DNA of 64,000 bases from Abditibacteriaceae bacterium (GCA_965277285.1 OZ255721.1:3648001-3712000), one strand, 5' to 3'. Shown: positions 18,927 through 29,105, numbered from the stretch's first letter. Numbers and translations are program-made. The notes: generated by a model not told the origin, from the letters alone.

Positions 18927-21131
18927 ATGGCTCAGTTTTCTTCCTTGTTGGTATCGCTGGGATTGCTTGATCTGCTGTTTGCTTCAGCGGGTCTGCTGCT
19001 CACATACTTCGACTGGAGCGCGGCGCGGCGGCGCGAATTTCTTTATCTTTATCTCTCGGAAGACAAGCCGGGCGCCGGATATTTTTCGATGGCCCGTCGG
19101 CGTCGCGCGCAATATACGCGATTGTTGGTCGCGTTTTTCGTGCTTTTTTTTGCCGAGTTTTTGACGGTGAACTTGTTTTTTTCCAGCCGCGATGCCGCCA
19201 AGTTGGAAGTGTGGGTCGGCTGCTGGCATTTGTTGGGCCTGGCGTTGCTGGGACTGGGATTTCTCTACAATCCCGAATCGCGTCATAAAAACCGCGCCGA
19301 TGTTGCTTTCGCCGTGTTCCTTGGGTTCTGGGCGATTTATGTCTTGTTGTTGATGACAGGAGTGACGCGGCACTTTCAACAATTTACAGCGGTTGCATTG
19401 TATGGCGCGCGCGGTCTTTTGGTGCTGACGTTTATGCTGACGGCGTGGGCGCGGCGCGGCGCGGAATTGCCAGCGGGCTTGCTGCGCGTTTCTCCCAGTG
19501 GGCTGATGATCGCCTTTGGGGCGTGGGCTTTGGCGCCCGTGGTGGCTTTACTGGCGGGCAACAAGGATTTGCTACTGGTTTCCGAAGCGGCCACCTTGAT
19601 GTCGTATGCGCTTTTAGTGAGCGCCGTGGCGCGCAACACCTTGAGCGAATATGAAGCCATTGAAGGTTCGCGTCATCGTCTGGGGCGCGAACGCCAGGTC
19701 ATCTTCAGCTTTCTGCAGCGTATCGGCGCGGCCTTTACAACGGCGCTCGATCTGGATCAAGTACTCAAAATTATTCTTGAATCGGCGCTGGAAACGACCG
19801 AAGCTTCCGCCGGGTCGATCTATTTGTATGATGCGGAAACGAAAATTCTGGCGCCGCGCATCGTGCTAAATTTTTTTCCGCCGTTGCACGTCGATACGCC
19901 AGCCGCCAGTTCGGAACAGCGCACCGAAGAACTCGAAGCCGAAATGGTTGCGCAAAACTTTGCGCTTGGCGAAGGCGTGATCGGCCAAGTCGCCCAGGAA
20001 GGTCGCGCCCGCCTGATTCAAGATGTGCGCGCCGAACATATTATGCTGGGCACGACGACCGATTTTATGCGCAATCGCTCGATGCTTTTGGTGCCTCTCA
20101 AAGTGCGCGACGAGCCGCTGGGCGTGATGGCTGTTTTGAACAAGCAGCGCGGTTCGTTCAGCCTTGAAGACCAGTTTTCGTTGCAGGCATTGGCCGATCA
20201 GGGCGCGCTTTCCATCAACAACGCGGTCTTGACGATGGAAGTCGGAAAGCAAGAGCGCATTCGCCGCGAACTGCAAATCGCGCGCGATATTCAAAAAATG
20301 CTCCTGCCCGACAAGTGCCCGATTGTCAAAGGTTTCGACATCGCGGCGCGCGGCTCCAGCGCCACCGAAGTCGGCGGCGATTATTACGACTTTTTTTGGG
20401 TCGATGAAGACCGTTTGGGCATCGTCGTCGCCGATGTTTCGGGTAAAGGCGTTCCCGCCGCGCTCACTGTGGCGATGATGCGCAGCGTTTTTCGCACGCA
20501 GGCGACGGGCAATTGCGATGTGCGCGATGTCTTGTCGCGCGTCAACGCGTTTATGACTGGCGATATGCGCCGCGATATGTTCATTACGTGCATTTACGGC
20601 ATTTTACAGATTTCGACGCGCCAGTTTTCCTGGTCGCGCGCGGGACACGAGCCGCTTTTAGTGGCGCACGATTCGGGCGAAATCGATGTCTTGAAGCCGG
20701 AAGGTTTCGCGCTGGGTATCATCGATTCACCGGATTTCGATCAACTGCTGGATGTCCATACGATTGATTTGCAGTCGGGCGATCGCGTCCTGATTTTTAC
20801 CGACGGCCTGACCGAAGCGATGAACGCCAACGGCGAAGAGTTCGGCATGGAACGCATTTTGGGCATTCTGAAACACGACGACCCAATTTTCGCCGAAGTC
20901 GAACAACGCGCGCGCAATGGAAAACACCATGGCACAAACGCCGCTCAAGCTCTGGAAGACGAATTGAATGAAGAAACCGGCGCCACGAAAATTCACAAGC
21001 CGCCATGCGCTCCCGAACTGACATCAGAGGACCCGGACGATCTGAAATGGATGGAATTGGCCGTCGAAAGCCACGTCGGCGGTGCCCCTCAAAGCGACGA
21101 CCTGACCATTGTTTATTTCAGCGCAAAGTAA
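18927..21131 (+). CDS. Membrane-bound GAF + SpoIIE/PP2C serine phosphatase (RsbU-like)
   Basis: Multi-TM N-terminus, GAF domain, EVGGDYYD, ADVSGKGVPAAL, FTDGLTEA, QSDDLT. Confidence 0.9.
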   Translation: MAQFSSLLVSLGLLDLLFASAGLLLTYFDWSAARRREFLYLYLSEDKPGAGYFSMARRRRAQYTRLLVAFFVLFFAEFLTVNLFFSSRDAAKLEVWVGCWHLLGLALLGLGFLYNPESRHKNRADVAFAVFLGFWAIYVLLLMTGVTRHFQQFTAVALYGARGLLVLTFMLTAWARRGAELPAGLLRVSPSGLMIAFGAWALAPVVALLAGNKDLLLVSEAATLMSYALLVSAVARNTLSEYEAIEGSRHRLGRERQVIFSFLQRIGAAFTTALDLDQVLKIILESALETTEASAGSIYLYDAETKILAPRIVLNFFPPLHVDTPAASSEQRTEELEAEMVAQNFALGEGVIGQVAQEGRARLIQDVRAEHIMLGTTTDFMRNRSMLLVPLKVRDEPLGVMAVLNKQRGSFSLEDQFSLQALADQGALSINNAVLTMEVGKQERIRRELQIARDIQKMLLPDKCPIVKGFDIAARGSSATEVGGDYYDFFWVDEDRLGIVVADVSGKGVPAALTVAMMRSVFRTQATGNCDVRDVLSRVNAFMTGDMRRDMFITCIYGILQISTRQFSWSRAGHEPLLVAHDSGEIDVLKPEGFALGIIDSPDFDQLLDVHTIDLQSGDRVLIFTDGLTEAMNANGEEFGMERILGILKHDDPIFAEVEQRARNGKHHGTNAAQALEDELNEETGATKIHKPPCAPELTSEDPDDLKWMELAVESHVGGAPQSDDLTIVYFSAK

Positions 21132-21149
21132 GAATGTGGAAAAGCCGAA

Positions 21150-21185
21150 AGCGCACTATCAAGTACTCGATAGTGCGCTCTTTTT
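21150..21185. terminator. Probable (bidirectional) intrinsic terminator centred on a palindrome variant
   Basis: agcgcactatc-aagtactc-gatagtgcgct followed by a T run, between convergent genes. Confidence 0.7.
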
Positions 21186-21271
21186 ATGTATTCATAAACT
21201 GATTTCACTTGTTGCTGAAAGAGGTCTATAAGCAATTCGGTGCAGAGGCTTATTGCGTTATGTTGGAAAAT

Positions 21272-21745
21272 TCAAGGGTTGTCTAAATCTTCCTCGAACT
21301 GGGTTGTGAGTACTTGTCGATCATCGTCTCGCGGACGAAGTCCGATGCGATAATAGAGCGCTTTCGCCGCAGTGTTGGCAGGGCTAACCTCAACATGAAG
21401 CGCGAGGACTTTTCGCTGTTTGCACTCAGCAAAAAGTGCTTCTAATACAGCTTGTGCCAAACCTCGTTTACGATAGCTTGAACGAATGAACAAGTCATCA
21501 ATGAAGGCATCAAGTCCACCATATTCCATGCTGAAGCGCACAGTGAGTACGGTGTATCCGGCTGGTTTGTCGTCGCAAAAAACAATCCATGACGCACCAT
21601 GAACTTCATTGCCAAGAAGTGCGGTGAAGCTTTCAGTCGCCCATCAGTGATCGAGCGAATGAGCGGCTTCAGAGTAAAACTCCTGCATCATTTCAACGAG
21701 AAGAGCAATATCTTTTGTATTGGCTCTTCGGACTGAGATAGGCAT
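21272..21745 (-). pseudogene. GNAT acetyltransferase with an in-frame stop
   Basis: MPISVRRA...LDH*WATES...FSMEYGGLDAFIDDLFIR..YRKRGLA; TGA at 21644-21646. Confidence 0.8.
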
Positions 21746-21833
21746 AAATAGAAAGTATCGAGTGTGACCAATCCGCCGCACAATGTTAATATCACAGCAG
21801 CGCAACGATAATGCGTAAGAGGCTCATCTGGTT

Positions 21834-22811
21834 TTATCCAGAATCGGGCTGTCCTCCACTTGCGCGGTTAGACTTTCGAGTACTCGATTTCTTCGCTTTC
21901 GTTTCGATTGACACGTTTTGGCACGTCGGGCAAAAGTAGATGATGCGGGATTTTTCGTCGTCCTCGATGATGCGCGTAACCTGGCGCTTCTGGCGAATGG
22001 TGTCGCCGCAGAAAAGACATGGCAAGTTAGTGCGGCGAAACGCCAGGTGGCGCGTGCCGTATTCGCGTCCCGCAGCGTAAACCATGTTGTCGTTGGTGCG
22101 CATTCGTTCGCGTTGTTCGTCATCGGCTGTCGCACCGTTGTTTTCATAAGCGTAAGAAGCGATGCGCGGAATTTCTCGAACCAGGCAATCGAGTTCGTCG
22201 CGCGGAAGTTCGGCGATGCGCGCGAACGGATTGATCTTGCACAACAGCAAAATTTCGGCGCGCAGATAGTTGCCGATTCCAGCGCAAACTGTTTGGTCGA
22301 GCAGGGCAGCGCCAATTTCTCGCGCGCCGTCTTCGCTTTTTTCGCTCGACAACAAGCGTTTCAGAAACTCGTGTTCGTCGAAGGCGCCGTCGTCTTCATA
22401 CGGCAAAATATCGGGGCCGAGATGACGCAGATATTCGACATCGCGGAACGGCTGACCGTGACCGATTTCAAAAACCGGCGCTGACATCAAAACCGCGTGA
22501 TGATCGTTGGTCGTGATGCGCGCTCGTTCGCGGCGGTCACGTTCGAGTACTCGATGAACGTTTTCGACGATCTGCCAACGTCCCCACATCATCAAATGCG
22601 AGTAGAAATAAAAGCCGCCTTCAATCTGTGCGACCAGGTTTTTGCCATGCGCTCGCACGCGCGACACTTTGCGCCCGACCAACTCATCGGGATGTTCCAG
22701 CAGCCACGCTTTAGCGGCTTTGGTGCGCGCGCCGATTTCGACGATGGCGCGCCCTTCCAAAACCTGCGCGAGTTGAACGGCATAACGCCGCACTTCAGGG
22801 CCTTCGGGCAT
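21834..22811 (-). CDS. Fpg/Nei family DNA glycosylase/AP lyase
   Basis: N-terminal PEGPEV, HGK, H2TH LLDQ..CAGIGNYLRAE, zinc finger CLFC...CPTCQ. Confidence 0.92.
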   Translation of the reverse strand: MPEGPEVRRYAVQLAQVLEGRAIVEIGARTKAAKAWLLEHPDELVGRKVSRVRAHGKNLVAQIEGGFYFYSHLMMWGRWQIVENVHRVLERDRRERARITTNDHHAVLMSAPVFEIGHGQPFRDVEYLRHLGPDILPYEDDGAFDEHEFLKRLLSSEKSEDGAREIGAALLDQTVCAGIGNYLRAEILLLCKINPFARIAELPRDELDCLVREIPRIASYAYENNGATADDEQRERMRTNDNMVYAAGREYGTRHLAFRRTNLPCLFCGDTIRQKRQVTRIIEDDEKSRIIYFCPTCQNVSIETKAKKSSTRKSNRASGGQPDSG

Positions 22812-22817
22812 AAAGAA

Positions 22818-22892
22818 AGTTCTCCGTTTTAAGTTCTCCGTTTTAAGTTGAGGCCGACTTAACTCAAAATTGAGAACTTAAAACGGAGAACT
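22818..22892. repeat. 21-bp inverted repeat with an internal tandem duplication
   Basis: agttctccgttttaagttctc / gagaacttaaaacggagaact. Confidence 0.7.
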
Positions 22893-22894
22893 GA

Positions 22895-23353
22895 TTAACG
22901 TTCTCCCGCCGAGTGACGACGCAAGTAATCTTCAAAGAAAGCGCGATACGGCGAGGTTTCGGAGGGTGCGAGATCGCCCATTTCTTTTCCGGTTTGAAGA
23001 GCTTGCGCGATTGACCAGCCGTGTTTGACCGCGAGATGCAACAGCGTCATCATGCTGGCGCGACCGGCGCTTTTGCAATGCACCAATGCGGGCGTGCCGT
23101 CCACGCTTTCCAAAGCCTGCGAAAAACGCGCGACGGCGGGATCGTCCAGCAAAGTCGGCGAAACCGGAATGGCGGCGTAATTCAAGGCGCGACTTTCAAC
23201 TTCGCGCTCTTCGTCAGGCAAAATGCCGGGTTCGTCTTCGGTGCGCAAATTGACGACGGTACGAAAACCTTTCTCCACCAGAGAATCCAAATCTTCGGTG
23301 GTCGGCTGGCCGGAAATCGAAATTTGTGCGTTGATCTGTCGAAAGTTGTCCAT
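22895..23353 (-). CDS. DUF442/PTP-like sulfur transferase or phosphatase
   Basis: SGQP...L..L...GF.TVVNLR..DE and HCKSAGR active-site loop. Confidence 0.82.
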   Translation of the reverse strand: MDNFRQINAQISISGQPTTEDLDSLVEKGFRTVVNLRTEDEPGILPDEEREVESRALNYAAIPVSPTLLDDPAVARFSQALESVDGTPALVHCKSAGRASMMTLLHLAVKHGWSIAQALQTGKEMGDLAPSETSPYRAFFEDYLRRHSAGER

Positions 23354-23458
23354 GAAACTCCTTATCGAGTACTCGATTGTGTACGCGTGTGTGTGGGAAC
23401 GCATTGCAGTTTAGCGTGCTTCCTATGATAGAATAAGAGCGCCGAAAACAGTTCGTCG

Positions 23459-25192
23459 TTGGTAATTTTGTTCGTGGAGAAACCTGTGAAACATCGCTCT
23501 TCGGTTCGCCTGTTGGCTGTTCGCCCTTTCGTCGTTCGTCCTTTGGCCTGCGCCACTTTGTCTTTGGCGCTGGGACTGACGGCCATTGTCGCGCCGACCT
23601 TGGTACACGCGCAAGACACGTCCATGACATCGAACGCGGGCAGCAGCAACGCATCTGGCAGCAACGCAGCCGCCGCGCCAACACCCGATGCTTCCGGCCT
23701 TGATAGTACGGGAACCGTCGGCGCCGCGGGAATGACGGATTCAAGCGCCGCAACTCCCGCGCCAACACCTGATACATCTTCGATGACTTCGACCACGACC
23801 GATTCGACAACCGCCGATTCAACGGCAGTCGATTCGACAAATACAATAGCGTCAACTTCCACCACGACGACAAGTACCACAACGACGACAACCGCAACGA
23901 ACCAATCTAACGGCGGCGCGACTTCGATGACATCGGTTCCGATGGCTGCGTCACCGATGGCTTCGATGGACGCAACTGAAACCGATGTTCCCGAAATAGC
24001 GCCCGCCAATCCTGATCAAGTCGCGCGCGCCACGGGTTTCATCGCGCAGGCGATTTCGATTGCAGAAAGAAATCCAGAAGCTCTAATTTCGGTCGTGCGC
24101 CAATCGGCGTCGCTGATTCCGCGCACCGGAACGACATGGCGCGAAGGTTTGACTTCGCGCTGGTTGAACCTGGTGCAAAACCCGAATGTGCCGCGCAACG
24201 TTCGCTTGGACGCGTATGCGGCGTTTTTCGATGCCGCGACACAAGTCAATCGCTCGTATGCGCGCCGCGTCGCATTGCAAGTTCCCGATGCCGCGGGGCG
24301 CGTCGGCGCTTTGCTCGCGCTCAGTCAGGACAACGGCGCCAACTGGACGCGCAGCGTCAATTACGTCGATATGGCGCGCCGTGCTGCGAGTCGGGAAAGC
24401 GATCCGCAGCAGAAAGCGCGCGCCCTCACTTTTATCGCGGTGCGCCTGGCGTCGCTCAATCCCGAGACACGCGAAACCGCCGCTTACAGCGCATGGACGC
24501 AAGTCAATCGTTTGCCTTCATCCCGTTCGCGCGATTACTTGCTGGCCGAACTGACGGGCGCCGCCGCGCAATTCGATATGCCACTGGCGGGACGCATCGC
24601 AGGCGGAATCGGCAACGCCAGTTTGAAGAATCTGGCGCAGGCGCGCATCAACATGGCGGAATTATCGCAAACGTTGATTACCGGTTCCAGTACGGATCGC
24701 GTCGCAACTTTGGCAAAAGCCGCCGTGCGTTACGATGTGCGCGCCGTGCCGATTTTGATTCAATTGCCGCCGCAAGCCGATGTTTTGAAAGCCTTGTCCG
24801 ATTCGCTGCCACCAATTTACCCCAGCGCGCGTCCCGCTATTGACGTGAACCTTTTGGAACGCATGTGGGATTATTCGGGCAAAGCGCAGCCGAGCGTTCA
24901 GCGCGACGAATTGCAATCGCGCCTGGCGCGCCTGATGGTGACGCAAGACATCTGGCGCGGTCGAACGTGGGGCAAATCTCTGGCGTGGAAAGGCGGACGC
25001 ATTCAAGTCGGCGCCTTTATCAAAGCGGTTTTGCAATCGCGCCGCGCGCAAGTTCACGCGATGTCGCTACAAGATGTCGCCAAGCGCAATGTGGACGTGG
25101 CGATTCGCCAGGCGCAAACCTTGCCGCCCGTCGCACGCGCCGAAGCGTTGCTGTTGATTGCGGGACAATTGCTGGAAACTTCGACTTCGTAA
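23459..25192 (+). CDS. Hypothetical secreted protein: Ser/Thr-rich disordered N-terminus, helical repeat C-terminus
   Basis: Signal peptide ending VHA-Q; low-complexity S/T region; start uncertain. Confidence 0.75.
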   Translation: MVILFVEKPVKHRSSVRLLAVRPFVVRPLACATLSLALGLTAIVAPTLVHAQDTSMTSNAGSSNASGSNAAAAPTPDASGLDSTGTVGAAGMTDSSAATPAPTPDTSSMTSTTTDSTTADSTAVDSTNTIASTSTTTTSTTTTTTATNQSNGGATSMTSVPMAASPMASMDATETDVPEIAPANPDQVARATGFIAQAISIAERNPEALISVVRQSASLIPRTGTTWREGLTSRWLNLVQNPNVPRNVRLDAYAAFFDAATQVNRSYARRVALQVPDAAGRVGALLALSQDNGANWTRSVNYVDMARRAASRESDPQQKARALTFIAVRLASLNPETRETAAYSAWTQVNRLPSSRSRDYLLAELTGAAAQFDMPLAGRIAGGIGNASLKNLAQARINMAELSQTLITGSSTDRVATLAKAAVRYDVRAVPILIQLPPQADVLKALSDSLPPIYPSARPAIDVNLLERMWDYSGKAQPSVQRDELQSRLARLMVTQDIWRGRTWGKSLAWKGGRIQVGAFIKAVLQSRRAQVHAMSLQDVAKRNVDVAIRQAQTLPPVARAEALLLIAGQLLETSTS

Positions 25193-25209
25193 TGTGAAGT
25201 CATAAGAAA

Positions 25210-25247
25210 AGCGCCACCAATATCGAGTACTCGATATTGGTGGCGCT
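25210..25247. terminator. 38-bp perfect palindrome centred on TCGAGTACTCGA just after a stop codon
   Basis: agcgccaccaatatcgagt|actcgatattggtggcgct; terminator role inferred from position. Confidence 0.65.
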
Positions 25248-25337
25248 GTCGATTTAACCTTGAATTCGTATTTACGACTTGAGAATCGAGTGTTTGACAT
25301 ACAACTGGCGGAGCCGCAGAAGCGTGGAGAAACTGTT

Positions 25338-25751
25338 ATGCGAAAGTTCTTACCGTTGATGCTTTTACTGCTCGTCGTGTCAACAGCCTGGCTTTCACGC
25401 ACCAATGAGGTGAAAAAAAACGTCGTCAAAAGGCAATCCATGCTGCGTGTCATTCAAAGAGATTTCTCGCCATCCGTCATGGCTGGCTGGAAAGATGACT
25501 CCGATAAATCGTGGCCGGTTGACGCGCACAAAACGCATGTGACGTTGGCAGATACGGGGAACTCGCTGGCAGAAAAATATACTGTCATCTCCATTGTGAA
25601 TCCGGAATATACACAGAAGCTGGCGACTGAAGATTTTGATACTTTTTTCGCTGGATCGAAATGGTTGGGCAACATAGAAAGTGCCGGATTTCAGAAAATC
25701 GTTTTTTCCAATGGCAAGCAAACGTGGGTATTTCCTGCCAGATTGCATTGA
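25338..25751 (+). CDS. Hypothetical exported protein
   Basis: MRKFLPLMLLLLVVS signal-like N-terminus. Confidence 0.65.
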   Translation: MRKFLPLMLLLLVVSTAWLSRTNEVKKNVVKRQSMLRVIQRDFSPSVMAGWKDDSDKSWPVDAHKTHVTLADTGNSLAEKYTVISIVNPEYTQKLATEDFDTFFAGSKWLGNIESAGFQKIVFSNGKQTWVFPARLH

Positions 25752-25882
25752 AACAATTTGCTATCTACTGGCGCATTTTGCGACGAGGAAGGAAGTCAAA
25801 AACGTTTCGAGTACTCGATTGCGCTTCAGATTACTTTATTTTTGAGCACCTGAGCAAACCATCCTGAGAAGGCTTTTCGCGC

Positions 25883-26398
25883 ATGACAGAGAAAGTTGCA
25901 CGCCCAATTATTTGTCCGGTTTGTGGCGGTGAAAACGCGCACGACGCGGTTTTTTGCGCCAATCCCGCGTGTCATAAAGCTCTGGGCGATTTCAAATATG
26001 TGGCGGAAGAGTTGCGCGCTGAAATGCGCTGGCACGAAAGCGTGGCGGAACGCGTGACAGGTTTCATCGGCAAGCCGCATTTTCTGCTGGTGCATTGCAT
26101 CTGGCTCGTCGTGTGGGTGATTGTCAACACCGGCGTCGTGATGATGCTGCGTCGTTTCGATGCGTATCCGTTCGGTTTATTGTCATTACTGCTGGCGATT
26201 GAAGCAATCTTCCTGACTGGCTTTCTGCTCATCAGTCAGAACCGCCAAAACGCGCACTCGGACAAGCGCGCCGAACTCGATTACGAAGTGAATGTGCGCA
26301 CCTATCGAGAAATCGAAGACGTGAAAAACTCGCTGCACAATCTGGAAGAAAAGCTACAAACCCTCGAAACGTTGCTGCGCGAAAAAGATGGGCGCTGA
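25883..26398 (+). CDS. DUF1003 membrane protein with an N-terminal zinc ribbon
   Basis: CPVCG...CANPAC; FDAYPFGLL, EAIFL..F.LISQNR, RAELDYEVN. Confidence 0.85.
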   Translation: MTEKVARPIICPVCGGENAHDAVFCANPACHKALGDFKYVAEELRAEMRWHESVAERVTGFIGKPHFLLVHCIWLVVWVIVNTGVVMMLRRFDAYPFGLLSLLLAIEAIFLTGFLLISQNRQNAHSDKRAELDYEVNVRTYREIEDVKNSLHNLEEKLQTLETLLREKDGR

Positions 26399-26437
26399 GT
26401 TTGGAGACGGAACTGTCACGCAACGAACCCTGAGCGT

Positions 26438-26590
26438 CAATGTGGACGTTGCGATTCGCCAGGCGCAAACCTTGCCGGTCGCACCGCAGCGTTACTGTTG
26501 ATTGCGGGACAATTGCCGAAAACCTCGGCTTCGTGATTTGCCGTAGAAACACAAAGCGCCATGACATTGAGTACTCGATGTCATGGCGCT
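26438..26590 (+). repeat. Degenerate direct repeat of 25087-25247 (3' end of the 23459-25192 gene plus its hairpin)
   Basis: caatgtggacgt.gcgattcgccaggcgcaaaccttgccg...ctgttgattgcgggacaattgc...cttcgt and the agcgcca...tggcgct hairpin are present in both copies. Confidence 0.88.
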
Positions 26591-26687
26591 ATTTTATGGA
26601 TTCCAAAGATAACACAGCGTTCGGATTTGGATTGTAGAGGTTCCTGCAGATTTTCAAATGTCAGGTTGAACCTTGTTAAGGCTTTCG

Positions 26688-28808
26688 CTAAAGAGTTGCC
26701 GGTACGACCTCAAAAGTCACTTGCGCTGTTGTCCAATACGCCGGAGGCGCCAGGGCCGCGCCGCGTCGTCGTGTCGCCGAAGACAAGAGCATTTGCGACA
26801 GCGGATTGGAAGGTGCGCCGCCGCGCGATGAACTGCACAAAATCTGGTTGTCGGCGCCGGGCACTTTTTGTACCCACAACGCGCTGAAATCTGCCGGTTG
26901 CTGCGTCGCAATGGCTTTCCAACGCTCGCGCCCATACGGTTCGCTGGCGGTCGCAATCAAGCCTTTGATGACGTGCCATTGTCCATCCGCGGGAATGCGA
27001 TTCAGTTCGCCAATCGGCTGGCGGTCGGGCGGCAAAACCGGATTGATGCTGCCGTCGGGCGGCAAATCGAGAACAGTCACGTAAGCATCGACGGGCGACA
27101 AGTTGCGCAACTTCAACGTGTAACTGTCGCCTTCTTTGAAGACCAGATTGTTGCCGTCATTCGGTTTGATATCGCTGCGCGGCGTGGGATCGTTAGCGCC
27201 TTTAACGGGCACCAGTTGCATCTCGATTTGCAACAAAGATTGAGTGCTGGGCGAATTGCCCAGACGATTGAGAAATTGCCAGCGCCATTCGGCGTTGAGG
27301 GCTTTGCGCATTTCGTCGAACATTTTTTCGTCGTTGTTAATGCGCGCCACAATCTGATGATCGCTGCGCCGCTGCACTTCCAACTGATGTCCGACTTGAA
27401 CAATTGAAACGTCGCAGTTCTGGCGCGTGGCGCTGTCGTCCATCACGCTCAGGCTTTCGTCTTCGTTGGCGCTCTTTTGCGCCGCTTTCAACTTTTGCAC
27501 CCAATCGCCGCTGCCATCCAAAAATGCCTTGAGCCGATTGTCGCCGTAATTGTGCGCGGTTTCAATGGCGCGCGCCGCCACCAAATCGGCGGACGGGACT
27601 TTCGAGTACTCGATGTCCAACTTCGCCTGCGAGGTGAAGTCATCAACGGATGTAATCGTCGCCGTGGCGAGAAGATTTTTGGCGTCGTTGACATCGCTTC
27701 CGGCGCGATACAGGTTGAACGTCGAGCCGACCGACGCGCCTTGAACGAAACCTGTCGGCAGCGTGACAAGTGTTCCATTTACCTGCGAGACGACCAAATA
27801 TTTGCCTGCTGGGCGCGCTGTGCCGGAAAACAACAGTTTGTCGGCGTCACCTTCCATTTGCGGGTTTTGGTTGTCCACTGCGTTTTCGACTTGCGCGCTG
27901 ACGGTCTCAAACAAGGCGCGATACGTCGTTTGCGGCGTGGCGTTTTCCAGGGCGCGCGTCAGATAAAGCGTCAAAGCGCCCATCGGCTGGTTTCTATCGT
28001 TGGCGGCTTCCTGCGCGATTTGGTCGCTGCGCGTCGCCGCGATAACGACGTAACCTTGCGCGACGGCCTCGTCTTTTCCCAACCAATCGCTGGCGTCCGC
28101 AACGTTGGCGCCGCGCGTTGGCTGTAGAGGTTTCGGGCCGTCAATTTTCGGGTTCCAGCCGCGCCCGCGTTTGGGCAAACCATTGCCGCCGCGCGTCGCC
28201 GTGCCGGAAAAACAACTGTCCAAAAACACCGTGATGTTGCCTTGAACCTGACCGTTTTTGTCCTGCATCTTCGCTTTCAAGCGGCGCAGCGAATCGCGGA
28301 TGTCGTCATCCAAAACATCGGCTTTGAGGCCGCTTTGCGCGCTCTGATCGATGTAATCGAAGGGAATAATCGCCTGGTGCATTCCGCTCATTTTTCGATG
28401 TGTCGGGTCGGGCACTTCCTGGCCGTGACCGGAATAATGAAAAACGATGATGTCGCCGGGTCGCGCCTGATCGATCAAGTGGTGTTGCCAGGCATCGAGA
28501 ATGCCTTTTTTGGTCGCTTGCGCGTCTTCCAGCACCAGAATGTCTTTAGCGGCGAAGCCAAAGCGCGATTCGAGTACTCGTTTCATGGTGGCAATATCGG
28601 TCTGGCAATCGAGATTCCACCAATCTTTATCTTCGCCGCGCCCTCGGTCATAATGGCTGATGCCGACCAGCAGCGCCAGTTTGCGCGGCGTTTTTGTCGT
28701 CGCGGTCAGAGGTTTCGTGCTCGACGTTGGCGCGGCTTGAGCGACATGGCAAAAGTTCAAGGCGCACAAGACGCAAACGCTGATTTTGCTCCAAATGGTG
28801 CTTTTCAT
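26688..28808 (-). CDS. Exported caspase-family (C14, metacaspase) protease with a C-terminal DUF4384-like domain
   Basis: KLALLVGISHY, YSGHG (His), FLDSCFSG (Cys); signal peptide ending AQA; F.EGD.Y.L.L.N.S...AYVTVLDL.PDGSI. Confidence 0.88.
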   Translation of the reverse strand: MKSTIWSKISVCVLCALNFCHVAQAAPTSSTKPLTATTKTPRKLALLVGISHYDRGRGEDKDWWNLDCQTDIATMKRVLESRFGFAAKDILVLEDAQATKKGILDAWQHHLIDQARPGDIIVFHYSGHGQEVPDPTHRKMSGMHQAIIPFDYIDQSAQSGLKADVLDDDIRDSLRRLKAKMQDKNGQVQGNITVFLDSCFSGTATRGGNGLPKRGRGWNPKIDGPKPLQPTRGANVADASDWLGKDEAVAQGYVVIAATRSDQIAQEAANDRNQPMGALTLYLTRALENATPQTTYRALFETVSAQVENAVDNQNPQMEGDADKLLFSGTARPAGKYLVVSQVNGTLVTLPTGFVQGASVGSTFNLYRAGSDVNDAKNLLATATITSVDDFTSQAKLDIEYSKVPSADLVAARAIETAHNYGDNRLKAFLDGSGDWVQKLKAAQKSANEDESLSVMDDSATRQNCDVSIVQVGHQLEVQRRSDHQIVARINNDEKMFDEMRKALNAEWRWQFLNRLGNSPSTQSLLQIEMQLVPVKGANDPTPRSDIKPNDGNNLVFKEGDSYTLKLRNLSPVDAYVTVLDLPPDGSINPVLPPDRQPIGELNRIPADGQWHVIKGLIATASEPYGRERWKAIATQQPADFSALWVQKVPGADNQILCSSSRGGAPSNPLSQMLLSSATRRRGAALAPPAYWTTAQVTFEVVPATL

Positions 28809-28984
28809 GGTGAAGAAAGTTCTCCGAACAGACGACATCTTTCGCGCTCATTGTGACATATTTTGCGAGAAATGAGAAAACCGCGCTGTCGCACACTTGA
28901 CAGCCGCCTTGTCGATTTTGCGATATGTCGCGCTAAGGTTGTTTATATTCACTGAGTTATAAAGAAAGTGTGGAAGGCAAGTCC

Positions 28985-29099
28985 ACGGAATGCCCTGAAA
29001 GTAAGAGTGTGTCATTCTGAGCGCAGCGAAGAATCTAACTTGATGCCAGATTCTTCGCTGCGCTCAGAATGACACACTCTTACTTTCAGGGCATTCCGT
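28985..29099. repeat. Perfect 52-bp-arm inverted repeat containing a GTCATTCTGAGC REP doublet (REPIN/MITE)
   Basis: Arms 28985-29036 and 29048-29099 with an 11-nt loop. Confidence 0.9.
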
Positions 29100-29105
29100 C
29101 AATTG

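Noticed and set aside
21644..21646. Selenocysteine readthrough of the GNAT TGA
   Set aside because: Not a redox or Cys-equivalent position as far as I can tell; no evident SECIS.
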